A stretch of 64,000 nucleotides of DNA, taken from the NCBI GenBank assembly GCA_050084985.1, contig JBITNC010000001.1:64418001-64482000 (forward strand), given 5' to 3'. A model generated the notes under the pieces. The model was not told the origin of the DNA and made no database searches. It worked only from the letters and a program-made list of their open reading frames with translations. This stretch comes from Nageia nagi. Lineage: Eukaryota; Plantae; Pinophyta. The translations under genes were made by a program, and so were the position numbers. Shown here one piece after another: positions 28,501-41,700 of this stretch (positions are counted from its first letter, which is position 1; each line of letters starts with the position of its first letter).

Positions 28501-31500
28501 GAAACGTTGTTGAAAGGGCTGCATTCTTGTTAATTGTTGTGACTGCACTTTTGATGATTTGGGAGGTTGCATTTGTGATGAGATGTTTGACTGAGATAAC
28601 TGCAAATTTCATCACAAATGGGATGGAAGTGATGGTGAGGTTGATAACTGCAGTTGCTTCTCTTGGGGTGCCAATTTGGAGGACATTTAAGACAGAACTT
28701 TTTGTTTTGATTCTTTCCATGATTCAGACATTTGGGATAGCTATGGTTGGAATACCTACTGCTATGTTTTTGATGACATTGGTTGCAGTACGGATAATGT
28801 CTTGGGCCGCATCTTCCATGATGATTGGGACTGCACTTTCACTAATATGTAATGCTGACATTTTGGACAACTTCTTTGATGATGTACACTGTTGCATACC
28901 TGCTGATGTTTGAGACAACTGTATTGATGATGTTGTGGATTGCTGACTTTGGGACTGTTTTTGCAAAGGAAGAAGCTGTGGCAGTTGTACTTTCTGTGAA
29001 GACTGCACTTGTGTTTCTATGGACCGTTGTGGCTGCGTTTGAGATGGTATTTGGAACGACATTCCTGCTGAATGTGGAGGTTGCATTTTTGATGTCATTT
29101 GGGACAGCATCTGAGAGGACAATGGGACTGAAATGCTGATAAAGTTGGCTGTACTGAGGAAGTTTTGGGTTGCACTTCCCATAATGCATAGGACGACAAT
29201 CAAAGTTGCATTTCGCATGGCATTTGGGGCATCATATGACGTGATGTATGGGGTGTTTTCTCCCATTTTGGCTGAGATTTCCATGAGAGCTGTATTTTTT
29301 GCAGGGAAAAAGAGTGAAAAGCATGAGTTGATAGATTTCATGGAAAACATGAAAGATGACAATGATGTGGTGAAGATAGTTTTTTCAAAACTACAATGAA
29401 TGCCTTGTTGTTGAGGCCTTGTATTCTCATGAGGATGGGTTTCAGGGGTTGCTTGCAACATATATGGAACTTGATGTTGCCTTTACACCCTTGTTTGTTC
29501 TTGTCAAGGAGAAGAGAGTACAACTTGGGCACGATAGATTCATAGTTAAAGTAGCTCAACATTAGCATGGTGGACCTACTCCTTTGACATTGATTTGGGA
29601 CCCTGGGATCACAATTAGTTTCAACTTGATGATGATGAGCTTGTGTTGGCATTTCTTGAGGACAAGCAATTTTGGGAAGGGTGGACTTGTAATGTCTTGT
29701 CCCCAATTTTGAGAGATCTTATAAAAGGCATAACTTTCACCCCAAGCCCTGGATTGCTAATTCGTCTTTTGGAATGGATAGAATATCTTTGCCATTCGTT
29801 TTGATAACAAAAGAGATATTGCATTTTGAAATTTGCCTCCTGGACCATATTTCTACAATCGGACGCACATGAGAATTCACAATTCTCTTCCATTTGATCA
29901 CTATGAGTGGGATGTCCCTCTCCTAGGGGTGTGTAATTGTAATTTAATGTATTTAAAAGTGTTTATTGTGTCTAGGAGTAAATTAATGTTGTGTCGTGTT
30001 CTAGAGTCTTTGGGGATCTCAAGGACTAGAGATTTGTGATTCCAAGGAGCATTTGTGAGCCCCAATGTGGGACGGCTCCCTCCTTGAGGACATTGGGTGT
30101 GGTTACTTGCATTTAGATGTGTTTCTTGCATGTTCTCGATTGTAATAAGATTATGTGGACCTCGAGGTGAGATTGTGGAGATCTTAAGGCCAAACTGTGA
30201 GCCCTTGAATGGGATGTTTAGCCTTGTGTGATCCCAAGTTGGGATCTAGATCTCAAATGGGGTGTCCAGCCATAAGAAGGAGCACACCTCTTGGCAGGCG
30301 TCATTGGCTTATTCATCATTCATCTTCTTTTGGAGATCTGATGTGGAGTTAGACTTATTCCTCTTGTAGCAAGAGAGGGTTTAGAGGAGTAGAGATGCCT
30401 CTAGATATTTGACTAAGGATTAGTCCATTTGGTGGGATTCCGAGGTTGCACTACTTTCTTCATTCCAGGCATGGAGAGCTCCTTTAATGGTGCACCCAGG
30501 TTTGAGGGAGTGTTGCTTGTCTCATTTCATCTCAGATCCGAAGGCTAGAGGCCCTAGCAGTGTGGCATCAATCTTCTTGGTACATTTTGAGTTCGTGGCA
30601 CATCATATCTGGCCCTTTGAGCTAGGCATCCAACCCTTTAGGCAATTTTGAGATCAATATAATTCAGATTTGCATTTTTCTTGGTCTCATACAATTTCTT
30701 GTTGGAGTTTGTTGCATGCTTGAGATTGGAATTGCTATATATTTTCAGTAAAATAATATTTTCTTGATTGGGGATATTACATCAAGCCAACCTTGCTAAT
30801 ATATAACATTTACCCTAGTAGCTTTGACCAAAGTAGAGAAACTCCGACTTGGCAAAAACAATCAAAGAAATTGCATTTTTTCATTGGAAAAAAGTAAAAA
30901 AAAAGGCCTTGGCAAAACTTACGAGTAAAAAAACATGGCAAGCCCAAAAAACCTCATTGAGTTGAGCTCAAGCAACAAGTTTCGCTTCTATGCTTTGGCT
31001 TTTTTGCAACTTTAAGTTGTAATTAATTTATTCGCTCAAGGCAAGTCTGTATTCAAATTACTAGAGAACAATAGTTTTGACGCTCATCAGACAGTTGATG
31101 TTACGTTAAAAATGTTTTGACTATTCTCTCTCAAAACAATCATTGCCAATTAGGAAGTGCCAACCTAGTTTTTCTGATGTCATGTACAATGGGTCCTAGC
31201 ACAATCCTAACTCTTCTTGGGCTCATCTATATTTCGAAGGCAAAAGCCGTAATCAACAATGAATGGCATCAAGCTGATGAGATGTGATTTACCAATTAGG
31301 AAGTGCCAACCTTGTGTTGTTGATGTCATGTACAATGGGCCCTAACACTAGCCTAATTCTTTGTGGGCTCCACTATTGCAAAGGCAAGCCTTAATTAACA
31401 ATGAATGACATCAAGTTGATAAGATGTGATTCAATTGTGAGTATAATTTTCTTAGTTTTAAGGCGCAAACTTCTTCATAAAACAATGCTTGAGGTGTCAC

Positions 31501-34500
31501 ATATATTGTGCTCATGTTGAAGTTTTGAACCATTTTTAAGGATCTTCTGCATCATATTCTATGGGCCCCATAAGGTATAAAGTCTTCATAATTGATTTTA
31601 AAAGGAAACACCTTTATTGTGAGAATAAAATTTTGATTACTCTATAGAAAAAACGAAGTGCTTACATGCTTTTATAGTTCTTGGAAAAAACTAGATTAGA
31701 CACATACTATTGAGAAAAATATTCTCAAGCATTATTACAATCCAGTCTAAAATTTAATAGACCAACTAAAAACAAATCCAAATCTTATTGAAAGGCACAC
31801 CAAACTTAGTAGACTACATTCCTACGAATCCTAGACAGTTTAAACGAAAAACCATAGACTGGTGGTCAAACATTGACCAAACAAGCTAAAAATGGAAAAT
31901 ACCGTCGAAATGTGCATCCTCTAAAGAAACTTGCCCACATTTGAGAAACGCCCCTATGTTTCGAAAGTGAAACTTGGTTACAAAACACGCCTACGTTTAT
32001 GAAGAAATGTCCTGGGTCTTCGGTTTTTGTCAGTAACTTGAACAAATTGTTGAATTCTTGATATTTTCATGGTTGGATCAGGTTCAAACTTCAACATTCT
32101 CCCCCTTGATGCTGAGGGGACATACCAATAAGTTCCTTAGCTTCAAAAACTGAGCTTTAACAACTCCTTTTGTGAAGATATCACCAATGTTGTGCAAGAT
32201 GTTGCAATGCCTAAGCTTAATGATGTTTTTCTACACCATATCCATGATGAGTGGTACTTCATGTCAAAATGTTTGGATCTATTGTGGTGGACTAGGTTTT
32301 TTGCCAATTGAATGGCACTTACATTGTCACAATACAAAACAATTGGACCACATTTCTTTTCACCAAATTCTTCAAGAACTTTCCTCGACCACAATGCTTG
32401 AGCATTGACACTTGTGATTGCAATGTATTCAGCCTCTGTAGAATAAAGAGAAACAATATTTTTTTTTCTTTGAACTCCATGTTATCATTCCTGAACCAAG
32501 ACTGAAACAACTCCCTGATGTAGACTTTCTATCATCAAGATTGCTTCCCCAATTAGAATCACTAAAGCCAACAAGTTTTACCTTATCATTCTTGCAGTAA
32601 TGGTTGCCAAAATCAATTGTACCTTTCACATACCTAAGGATTATTTTGTTGCTTTCAAGTGAGTTTCAAAAGGGTCACTCATATACCTTGATACAATTGA
32701 AACAACATAAGCAATGTCTCTAGAATTGGTGAGAAACATTAAGCTTCCAACAATGCTTTTGTATGTGGGCCCATCAACTTTTGGTGTTCCATCATCCTTG
32801 CACAATAACTCACCATCATCCTTGCACAATAACTCACCATGAGCTATTGATGTTGATACTGGTTTGCAATCTTCCATAACAAACTTTTTCAACATATCAT
32901 TAGCATATTTGGATTGGCAAACAAAGATCTCATCATCTCTTTGATACACTTCCATACCAAGGAAATAGTGCATCAAACCAAGGTCTTTCATCTCAAATTC
33001 TTGCATCATGGAATTCTTGAAATCATCATTCAACTTTAAACAACTACCCATGTAAATCAAATCATCCACATGTTGTGCTCGCACAACACCCCTCAAGATG
33101 CAACATTTTGGGGACCCAATTTTTGCAACGACAATGAGTGACATTGCCTGGGCATGATCAGTTTACAGCTAGGAGTGAAAATTCAAAACGGCTAGATGAT
33201 CGAAGCAGCGGACGAGCATGCCTCGGAGTCATGAAGTGTTTAGCGCAGCCAGTGGCCAAGTTAGGGCCTGGTTTCAAGTGACATCTCACAGGACGGAGTT
33301 TTGGGTCACGACAGCAACTAAAAAATGGATTTTTTGAGTGAACGACAAATGTGGCAAAAAGATGCATTTTGGTTAGTTTTGAGCTCGAAAAAGGTGACTA
33401 TGACCAAAAGGTGCGTTTTGGTCACTTTTGAGCTCGAAAAGCTGAAAAATGGTCAATATGACAGAAAAGCACATTTTGGTCAATTTTGAACCCGGAAATG
33501 GTTAGTAAAGTTAAAATGTGCGTTTTTGCATAGTTTGGGCTGGAATACTTAGAAATCACGAAAAATGCAAAGTTGAGCTTTAAAGTGCTTGGGAATGCCC
33601 GAAAATGATCGTTTTTGCATATCTTGAGTTCGGAAATGCTTGAAAATTCAGACTTTGAGCTTGAAATGCCGAAAATGATCATTTTTTCATTGTTCGAGCT
33701 CGGAAATGTTCAGAAATGTTGGAAATGGTTGAAAATGCATACTTTGAGCTTGAAAATGTCAAAAATGCATTGCTTGGGCCCTTTAAAGACGGAAAAGATC
33801 GGAAATGTACAATTGAGCCTGAAATGGATTAGAAAAGCAAGTTTGAGCGGCCTTGGGGGATGAAATAAAAAAATAAGAGTTTTGGCAGCCGAGAAGCCTT
33901 GGGTTGAGTCTAGAAAAATGGGTTTTTTCAAAATGATCGAAATGAAAATCTGAGAGAAAGGTGTGATGCCAAATGATGAATTAAGGCAACTTTGCTCTTG
34001 GAAATTTCGAAAAAACTCGAGTTTCACCCTTCGAAAAGTTAGAAGGGAGTTTTGCAAATTTTCCCTCACTTTGTCAAATCTCGAAAATGGCCTATTATCT
34101 TCAAAACCTGCACCTACCTTTTGAGAGGCCCAGATTGAGTCAAAAGTGGAATTTTTGAGCTTGGGAGTGTGCAGATTGTGATTCTACATCAAATTGGTCT
34201 TTCAAGTTCGCAATTTCGACGAGTTTTGCTCCACCAAAAGTGCAAAAAACAGGAAAATGAGCAAAAAGGAAAAAAGGACAGCCAATATGAATGTTTCAAA
34301 TTTTTCAAAATTTCAAAAATGTCAAAATGAAAATCTAAGAGACAGGTGTGATGCCAAATCCAATTTTAGGCGCTTTTGCTCTTGAAATTTGCAAAAAAAG
34401 TCAAAAAATACCCCTCAAAAAGCTAGGCGCAGGTTTGGCATGTTTTCCCAAAACCAGCACCTACCTTTCTTGCACCCCAAAATTGCAAAAAAATGAATTG

Positions 34501-35685
34501 TTTGATCTCCAGGAGGTGTAGGATGGATTTCACACAAGATTGATGATTTGAGGTTACCAAAAAAATGAGATCTACTTCCTCAAAATCATCAAAAAATTGA
34601 TCAACCAATGAGAGAGCTCCAAAATTTTCTAAATTTTACATAGTTGGCCAAATCAAAAAAGCAGAAAGAGGTAGGGTGGCAAATAAAAAATAAAGCATCT
34701 TTCCTCTTGGAATTTGCAAAATTGATAAATTTTTGCCCCTTATAGAGTTATGCGGCAGTTTTGCATGATTTCCCCGCTTTTCCCAAAGTTCCCAAATGGC
34801 CTAAAAGTCCCAAAACCTGTGCCAAGCTTGGGAGTGCTCAAACTTGTTCCAAAATCGAAATTTATGGTCCTAGGAGCATGGGAAAATCAATTTTACACAA
34901 GTTTCATGTTTTGCCTTCCAAAAAGTTAGGGGGAGTTTTGAAAGTTTTGGGCTATTTCACCAAAGTTCTCAACTTGCCCAACACCTGCGCCTAACCTTGC
35001 TCAAAATTGACATTTAATGCTTCCATGTGATAGGTGGTGTGATTCTACACTACTTTGGTCTCCCACTTATGCAATTTGGTACACAAAAACTCCAAAAAAC
35101 CATCTTTTTGTCTTCCAATTGGATTCAAGGGCTCAAAAATTTGGATTTTTTTCCTCATAAATCTCAAAATCTAAAGTCCAAATCTGAGGTATGGGGGTGG
35201 AAGAGCATTCTAGACCTATCATATTTGCCTCAAGAAGCCTAAACATTGGTTCAGAATCCCTCCTTCTAGAGTTAGGTGCAGGTCCAGCCTTATTTCCCCC
35301 TTTTGGACCACTTTCTCAATGTTGGGCATGAGGAGGAAAAGCCCAAAATACAAAAATCCACTCTAGGGTTGATGTGGTGTTGACATGTGGCACCTTTTTG
35401 ACCCCTTGAGTTTATAAATGCACCCATACCCCTGCATTTCACTCACTACTCTCATTTTGCACCCTTATGCTGCCAAATGTTTTGAGAATTGGAGAGTTCA
35501 AGTGAGAAAGAAAGCCCATTTTCACCCTTGGAGGATAATTTGAACACTTAGCATCTTTACCATTCACTTAAACTTCATTAAACTTCAAAATCCAAACATC
35601 CTCCTTCCCACATGAACTCAATATTTCAAGTTTTTTGAGGTTTTTCATACCAAACCTCATTTCCCAAAGCCTCAAACACTTGAAA

Positions 35686-35735
<50 letters not shown>

Positions 35736-38700
35736 TTTCAGATTTCAAGTTTGATCACTTTAGAATTTTTTTGAAAAACTCTAAAAAGTGTTTTCAAGTC
35801 TGTTTTGGCTGTTTCAAAGTTTAAAACACCTTCCCCTCTTATTCCCCATCCATTTAAGGTGTTAAAACTTGATTCCGACACCATTTGGCAAGTTTGCCAA
35901 ATTCCACCATTTTTTCCCTTTGAAAAAGTCAACTTTTGAGCCAAAATCTGAAAATTCTCCAAGTCCTAAATTTTTGCCAAGGCATTTCCTTTTGAGTCAA
36001 TTACCTTTGTGTTATCCTAAAATCACCCAAAAGGCTTTGAACCTTGCAAATTTTGGCATTTTCGATGATGGCACACTTAGAGTAAAAATCCAAAAATCCA
36101 AATTTTTCAAAATCTCTTTGTTTGCCCAGAAAGTGCCACAAGCTTCCTAGGACTCTTCTAACTTTGTGTTGTCCACCTAAACAGGGACGAGATGGCGTTA
36201 GTCGCACAGAACATCAAAGACAGAAAGCAGAAAAGGCTCACAATGAACCACCCCATCATGCTCGAACATACAACAGAGACCATGATGCATGCTCAGTAAC
36301 CTTGGCTCGAGGACAAAACAGGCAATATGCTACTAATAGCGTCCCCGGAAAAACCATTGAAACAATTGTCACGGGAACGAAGAATGGAATCATGGATCAC
36401 ATAAGAGCAAGCTTGATCTCTTAGCCACTCAAACACTTGCAAAAGATAGATATCCCGCAAGGTTTGAATCAGAGTGGCATGCGCCTAAATCTGAACTCCA
36501 ATACATCATCATCTAGTTCTGACAAGTATGGGCCGAGTAGCTTGTCAGAGTCCGATGAAGAGATGGATCTCAGTGCAATCATCGACACCGATATGGAAGT
36601 AAATCGAGATATTGCCTTTGATAGGGTCAACACTGATCACTTAGTAGAGATCCTTGATGAAGACAATCTCTTGATTGATATGATTGTACAAGTAGCAGGA
36701 GTAGTCACCTTGTTGTGCACGCACAACACACTCCAAGATGCAACATTTTGGGGACCCAATTTTTGCAACGGCAACGAGCGACATTGCTTGGGCAAGATCA
36801 GTCTACGGCCAACAATGAAGATTCAGAACGGCCAGATGATCGAACCAGCGGACGAGCATGCCTTGGAGTCATGAAGAGAGTTCAATGCGGCCAGTGGCCA
36901 AGTCGAGGCCTAGTTTCAAGCGACATCTCATAGGATGGAGTTTTGGGTCACGACAGTGACCAGATAGTGGAGTTTGAATGAATGGCCATCAGGGCAAAAA
37001 AGGCGTCGTTTTTTGCAAGATTGAGCAACAAAGGTGCCAAGGTGACAAAATGATTGTGTTTTGTCAAGTTTGAGCTTGGAGAACCAAAAAATGTTCAATA
37101 GCACATAAAAGCGTGTTTTGGTCAATTTTGAGCCCGAAAGTGGTCAGGATGGTAAAAATGTGCATTTTTGCACAATTTGAGCCTGAAAAGCTTGAAAATG
37201 ACCGAAAATGCAAAATTGAGTTCAAAAGGGTTGGAAATGCTTGGAAATATCAAAAATGATTGTTTTTACACATCTTGAGCCCGAAAAGGCTGGAAATGTA
37301 GACTTTGAGCTCGAAATGTCAGAAATATCGGAAATGATCATTTTTTCACCGGTTGAACTCGGAAATGTCCAGAAATGGTCGAAAATGCATACTTTGAGCT
37401 TGGAAAAATGTCGAACATGGTTGGAAATGCACCGTTTGGGCTTGTAATAGACGGGAAAGATCGGGAATGTACAATATAGCTCATAATGGATCAGGAAAGC
37501 AAGTTTGAGCGCCCCTGGGGAGTAAAATAAAAAAATGAGCATTTTGGCATTCGAGAAGCATCAGGTTGAGCTCGGAAAAATGAGTTTTTTCAAAATGCTT
37601 GAAATAAAAATCCAAGTTTTGACCCTCGAAAATCTAGGGGGAGTTTAGCAAGTTTTCCCTCACTTAACCAAATCTTGAAAATGGCCTATTACCTTGAAAA
37701 CATGTGCCTACCTTTTGGGAGGCCCAGATTGATCCGAAAGTGGAATTTTTGAGCTTGGGAGCATGGCGATTGTGATTCTACATCAAATTGGTCTTTCAAG
37801 TTCGCAATTTCGACGAGTTTTGCTCCACCAAAAGTGAAAAAAACAGGAAAGTGAGCAAAAAGGACAAATGTACAGCCAATAGGTATGCTTCAAATTTTAC
37901 AAAATTTCAAAAATGTCAAAATGAAAATCTAAGAAAAAGTTAGGGTGCCAAATCCAATTTTAGGCATATTTCCTCTTGAAATTTTCGAAAAAACACAAAA
38001 AATCCCCCTCAAAAAGTTAGGTGTTGGTTTTGCATGTTTTCCCACCTTTGGACAAATTTTGAAAATGGCCTAATTCCCTCAAAACCAGCCCCTACACTTC
38101 TTGCACCCTAAAATTGCAAAAAAGGAAATTTTTGATCTTCATGAGGTGTAAGATGGGATTTCACACAAGATTGATGATTTGAGTTTTTCAAAAAAATGAG
38201 ATCGACTTCCTCAAAATCATCAAAAATTGATCAGCCAATGAGAGAGCTCCAAAATTTTTCAATTTTTCCAAAGTTGGCCAAATCAAAAGGAAGAAAGAGA
38301 TAGGGTAGCAAATCCCAAATGGAGCAACATTGCCTCTTGAAATTTTTCAAAAAAACCAAATTTTACCCCTCCTAGAGTTAGGCATCGGTTTTGGGTGTTT
38401 TTTCCCTCTTTCTCAAAGTTCTAAACTTGCCCAAAAGTGCGAAAACCTGCGCCAAGCTTGGGAGGGCTTAAAAATGCTTCAAATTCGAAATTTTTGGTCT
38501 TAGGAGCATGGAAAATCCAATTTTGCACAAGTTTCATGTTTTAAGTTTTCGTAAAGAGGTGGATCTACTCTCACAAAATCACAAAAATTGGATCAGCCAA
38601 TGGGAGAGCTTGAAAATTTTCCAAATTTTTCAAAATGATCAAAGTCAAAATTGGAGAGAAAGGTAGGGTGGCAAATCCAAAGATGATCAACATTGCCTCT

Positions 38701-41700
38701 TGTAAGTTTTCAAAAAACTCAAGATTTGCCTTCCAAAAAGTTAGGGGGGAGTTTTGAAAGTTTTAGGACATTTCACCAAAGTTCCAAACATGCCCAAAAT
38801 CTTCAAAACTTGCGCCTAGCCTCCTTGACGTCCAAACTTGCTCAAAATTGACATTTTATGCTTCCATGTCATAGGTGGTGTGGTTCTACACCACTTTGGT
38901 CTCTCATTTGTGCAATTTGGTCTATAAAAATTCCCAAAAACCACCTTTTTGCCTTCAAGAAGGATTCAAGGGCTGAAAAACCCAAAAAATTTGGATATTT
39001 TCTCAAAAATTCTCAAAATTTGAAATCCAAATCTGAGTGTGGAGGTTGGAGAGCACCCTAGACTCATCATCTTTGCTTCCAAGAGCCCCCACATTGGACC
39101 AAACATGCACCTTGCAAACTTGGATGCAGGTTTTGCCTTATTTCCCCATTTTAGGCCACTTTTCCAACGTTGGGCATGAGGAGAAAGAGTGCAATTTTCA
39201 CTTTGGGTTGATGTGGTGTTGACATGTGGCACCTTTTTGATCCCCTAAGTCTATAAATACACCCATACCCCCTCCATTTCATTCACTACTCGCATTTTGC
39301 ACACTTATGTTGCCAAAATTTTTGAGAATTGTAGAGTTAAAGTGAGAAAGAAAGTCCATTTTCACCCTTGGAGGATAATTTGAACACTTAGCATCTTTGC
39401 CATTCACCCAAACTTCATTAAACTTCAAAACTCAAACATCCTCCATCCCACATGAACTCCATTTTTTTAAGTTTTTGAGGATTTCCACATCAAAACCCCA
39501 TTTTTCAAATCCTCAAACGCTTGAAATTTTTTTTTTTTTCAGAATTCAAGTTTGATCACTTTTTTGGATACCCTTTATCCTTGTGATCAACTTTTATTTT
39601 CAGCCAAAAAAAAAAAAGACATATGATCCAAGATTTGAGTGCCCAAAATCCTCATTTCTTCCAAATTTTCAAAAAAATCTAGAAATTTTTTCAAAAACTC
39701 CAAAAAGTGTTTTTCAAGTCTGTTTTGACCATTTCGAAGTTTAAAACACCTTCCCCATAAATCTAAGGTGTTTAAACTTAATTCCGACACAATTTGGCAA
39801 GTTTGCCAAATTTAACCCCTTTTTCCTTGTTAAAAAAGTCAACTTTTTGAGCTAAATTTTGAAAATTCGCCAAAAGTCCCAAATTTTTGCCAAGGCATTT
39901 CCCCTTGAGTCAGTTACCTTTGTGTTATCCCAAACTCACCCAAAAGGCCTTGAACCTTGCAAATTTTAGCATTTCAATGATGGCACACTTAGAGTAAAAT
40001 CCAATAATCCCAATTTTCCAAAGTCACTCTTTGTTTGCCCAGAAAGTGCCACAAGCTTGCTAGGACTCTTCTAACTCTCTCTTTTCCTCTTAGATAGGGA
40101 CAAGATGGCATTAGTCACACAAAATATCAAAGACATAAAGCAAAGGAGGCTCACAATGAACAACCCCATCACACTCAAACATACAATAGAGCCCGTGGTG
40201 CCTGTTGCAAGAATCATTGATCGAGTGAAATTGGGGATACGGATTGTAACTCCTTGGATCCCATCAAAACTTTGATGAAAATACAAACACTAGATCCAGC
40301 TACATTAGTAAAGGATACATTGAAAACCTCCTTACTAGTAGCAGTTTCTATGGTGCCATTTGCCACCCCCTTCCCTGAGCTGTGCTACGAGCTAGGAAAG
40401 CATTGTGACACCCGAAGGTAGAGACTCCTCGATAGAAACAACGAGGTGATCCTGGACTTCTTTGAGAAAGGAATAGAAAGGGCATTCGCTTGGATAAACG
40501 AAGGCGTATCATATAGCGTGCAAGACTCCTGAGGTTCTACAAAAGTTTGAAACCTCCATATGATTTGATCAGAGATTGGTTGGTCAATGACCGCAAGCAT
40601 CTCACAGGGAGAGCCTTAACATTGCTTAACAGAGGAGAATTCTATCTAGTAGTCTCTAGACTTATATCAATGCTCTCCAGAGTGATCGGACAAAATGATG
40701 ACACTAAATTCCGGCTAGAATTTGTTGGGTTTATAGATCTAATCATTGGCGGTAAAGGCATAAGGTGGAGCAGAGTGATTAGTGATTCCTTGGCTCAGCA
40801 ACTGAAAAACATACAAAGGAGCAAAAATTTCTACATGAACTCCTACCTAATTTACCTGCACCTTCACAGTAGGGAGAGGGTAATGTCTATTGCCAATACC
40901 AAATATTTGTATGACCCCACACACATAGTGTGGGAAAATTACCCACGGTTCTATGCTCACAATGAATGGAACAACAGTAACTGGAAGATGATGACTACTG
41001 GTTTTGAAGGCAAGATCTATGAAGAGATCATGGGCAATGTACGTAGAATATCTAATGAAGCTGCTGCCACTATCAAGGGACACACAAACTTTTGTATGGA
41101 GGACATAGAGTTCACATACCTCAAAGTCTATGCCTCCAAAGAAGCTCCATACAAGCTACCCCATTACACAAGTGATCTTTTCATCCTCATGGTATTTTCA
41201 AGACACTTGCTTAACGTGCATGACATGGTATGGGTAAAGAGAGCTATGACCACCTACCGATTACTTGTCATCATTGGGAATTATGAGTGCACCACCTTGC
41301 ATCAGATTGATATGATCAAACAAGAGCTGGCATTGTATGAATTCCCAACCGAGTTAGCTGCGGATCACTATGATCTAGATGGAGTGATTGATGCATTTTT
41401 TCAGAAAACATGGAGCTCATCATATCCACACAAGTCCCTTGGGCAGTATAGAGAGGTACAAAAACATTCAGGACTCCTTGGAGGTTCAACGGCTTCACAA
41501 AGAACTGAAAACAAAGCAAAAACAACAAGAAGCCAAAGTTGAAGAAGCTGCTAGGTTGAAAGCCAATGCACAGGTCACAGTACCCTCGAGCCATGGGTAT
41601 ATTATCCCCATAATATCACCTTAAGTAACCTTGGCTCAATGATAGAATGAGCAGTATGCTAGCAATAACATCCTCGGAGAAACCATTGAAACAACTGTCA

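Larger units (their letters stand above)
24952..30781 (+). mobile_element. Complete non-autonomous Gypsy-type LTR retrotransposon carrying a PDS5 N-terminal domain instead of gag-pol
   Basis: LTRs 24952..26069 and 29688..30781 (TGT(G/A)ATGTC...GGGGA(C/T)ATTACA); TSD TCAAG (24947-24951, 30782-30786); PBS TGGTATCTGAGC 26071-26082; PPT GGGAAGGGTGGAC 29674-29686; no gag/PR/RT/RH/INT motifs inside. Confidence 0.93.

Noticed and set aside
28037-29461. Minus-strand T/S/Q/N-rich ORFs (28037..28405, 28724..29461) as genes
   Set aside because: They are antisense shadows of the 24-bp repeat region with no recognisable domain.
33158-39790. Many short F/K/S-rich ORFs on both strands
   Set aside because: They derive from A/T-tract-rich U3 repeats of the giant LTR and their frames are not conserved between the two copies.
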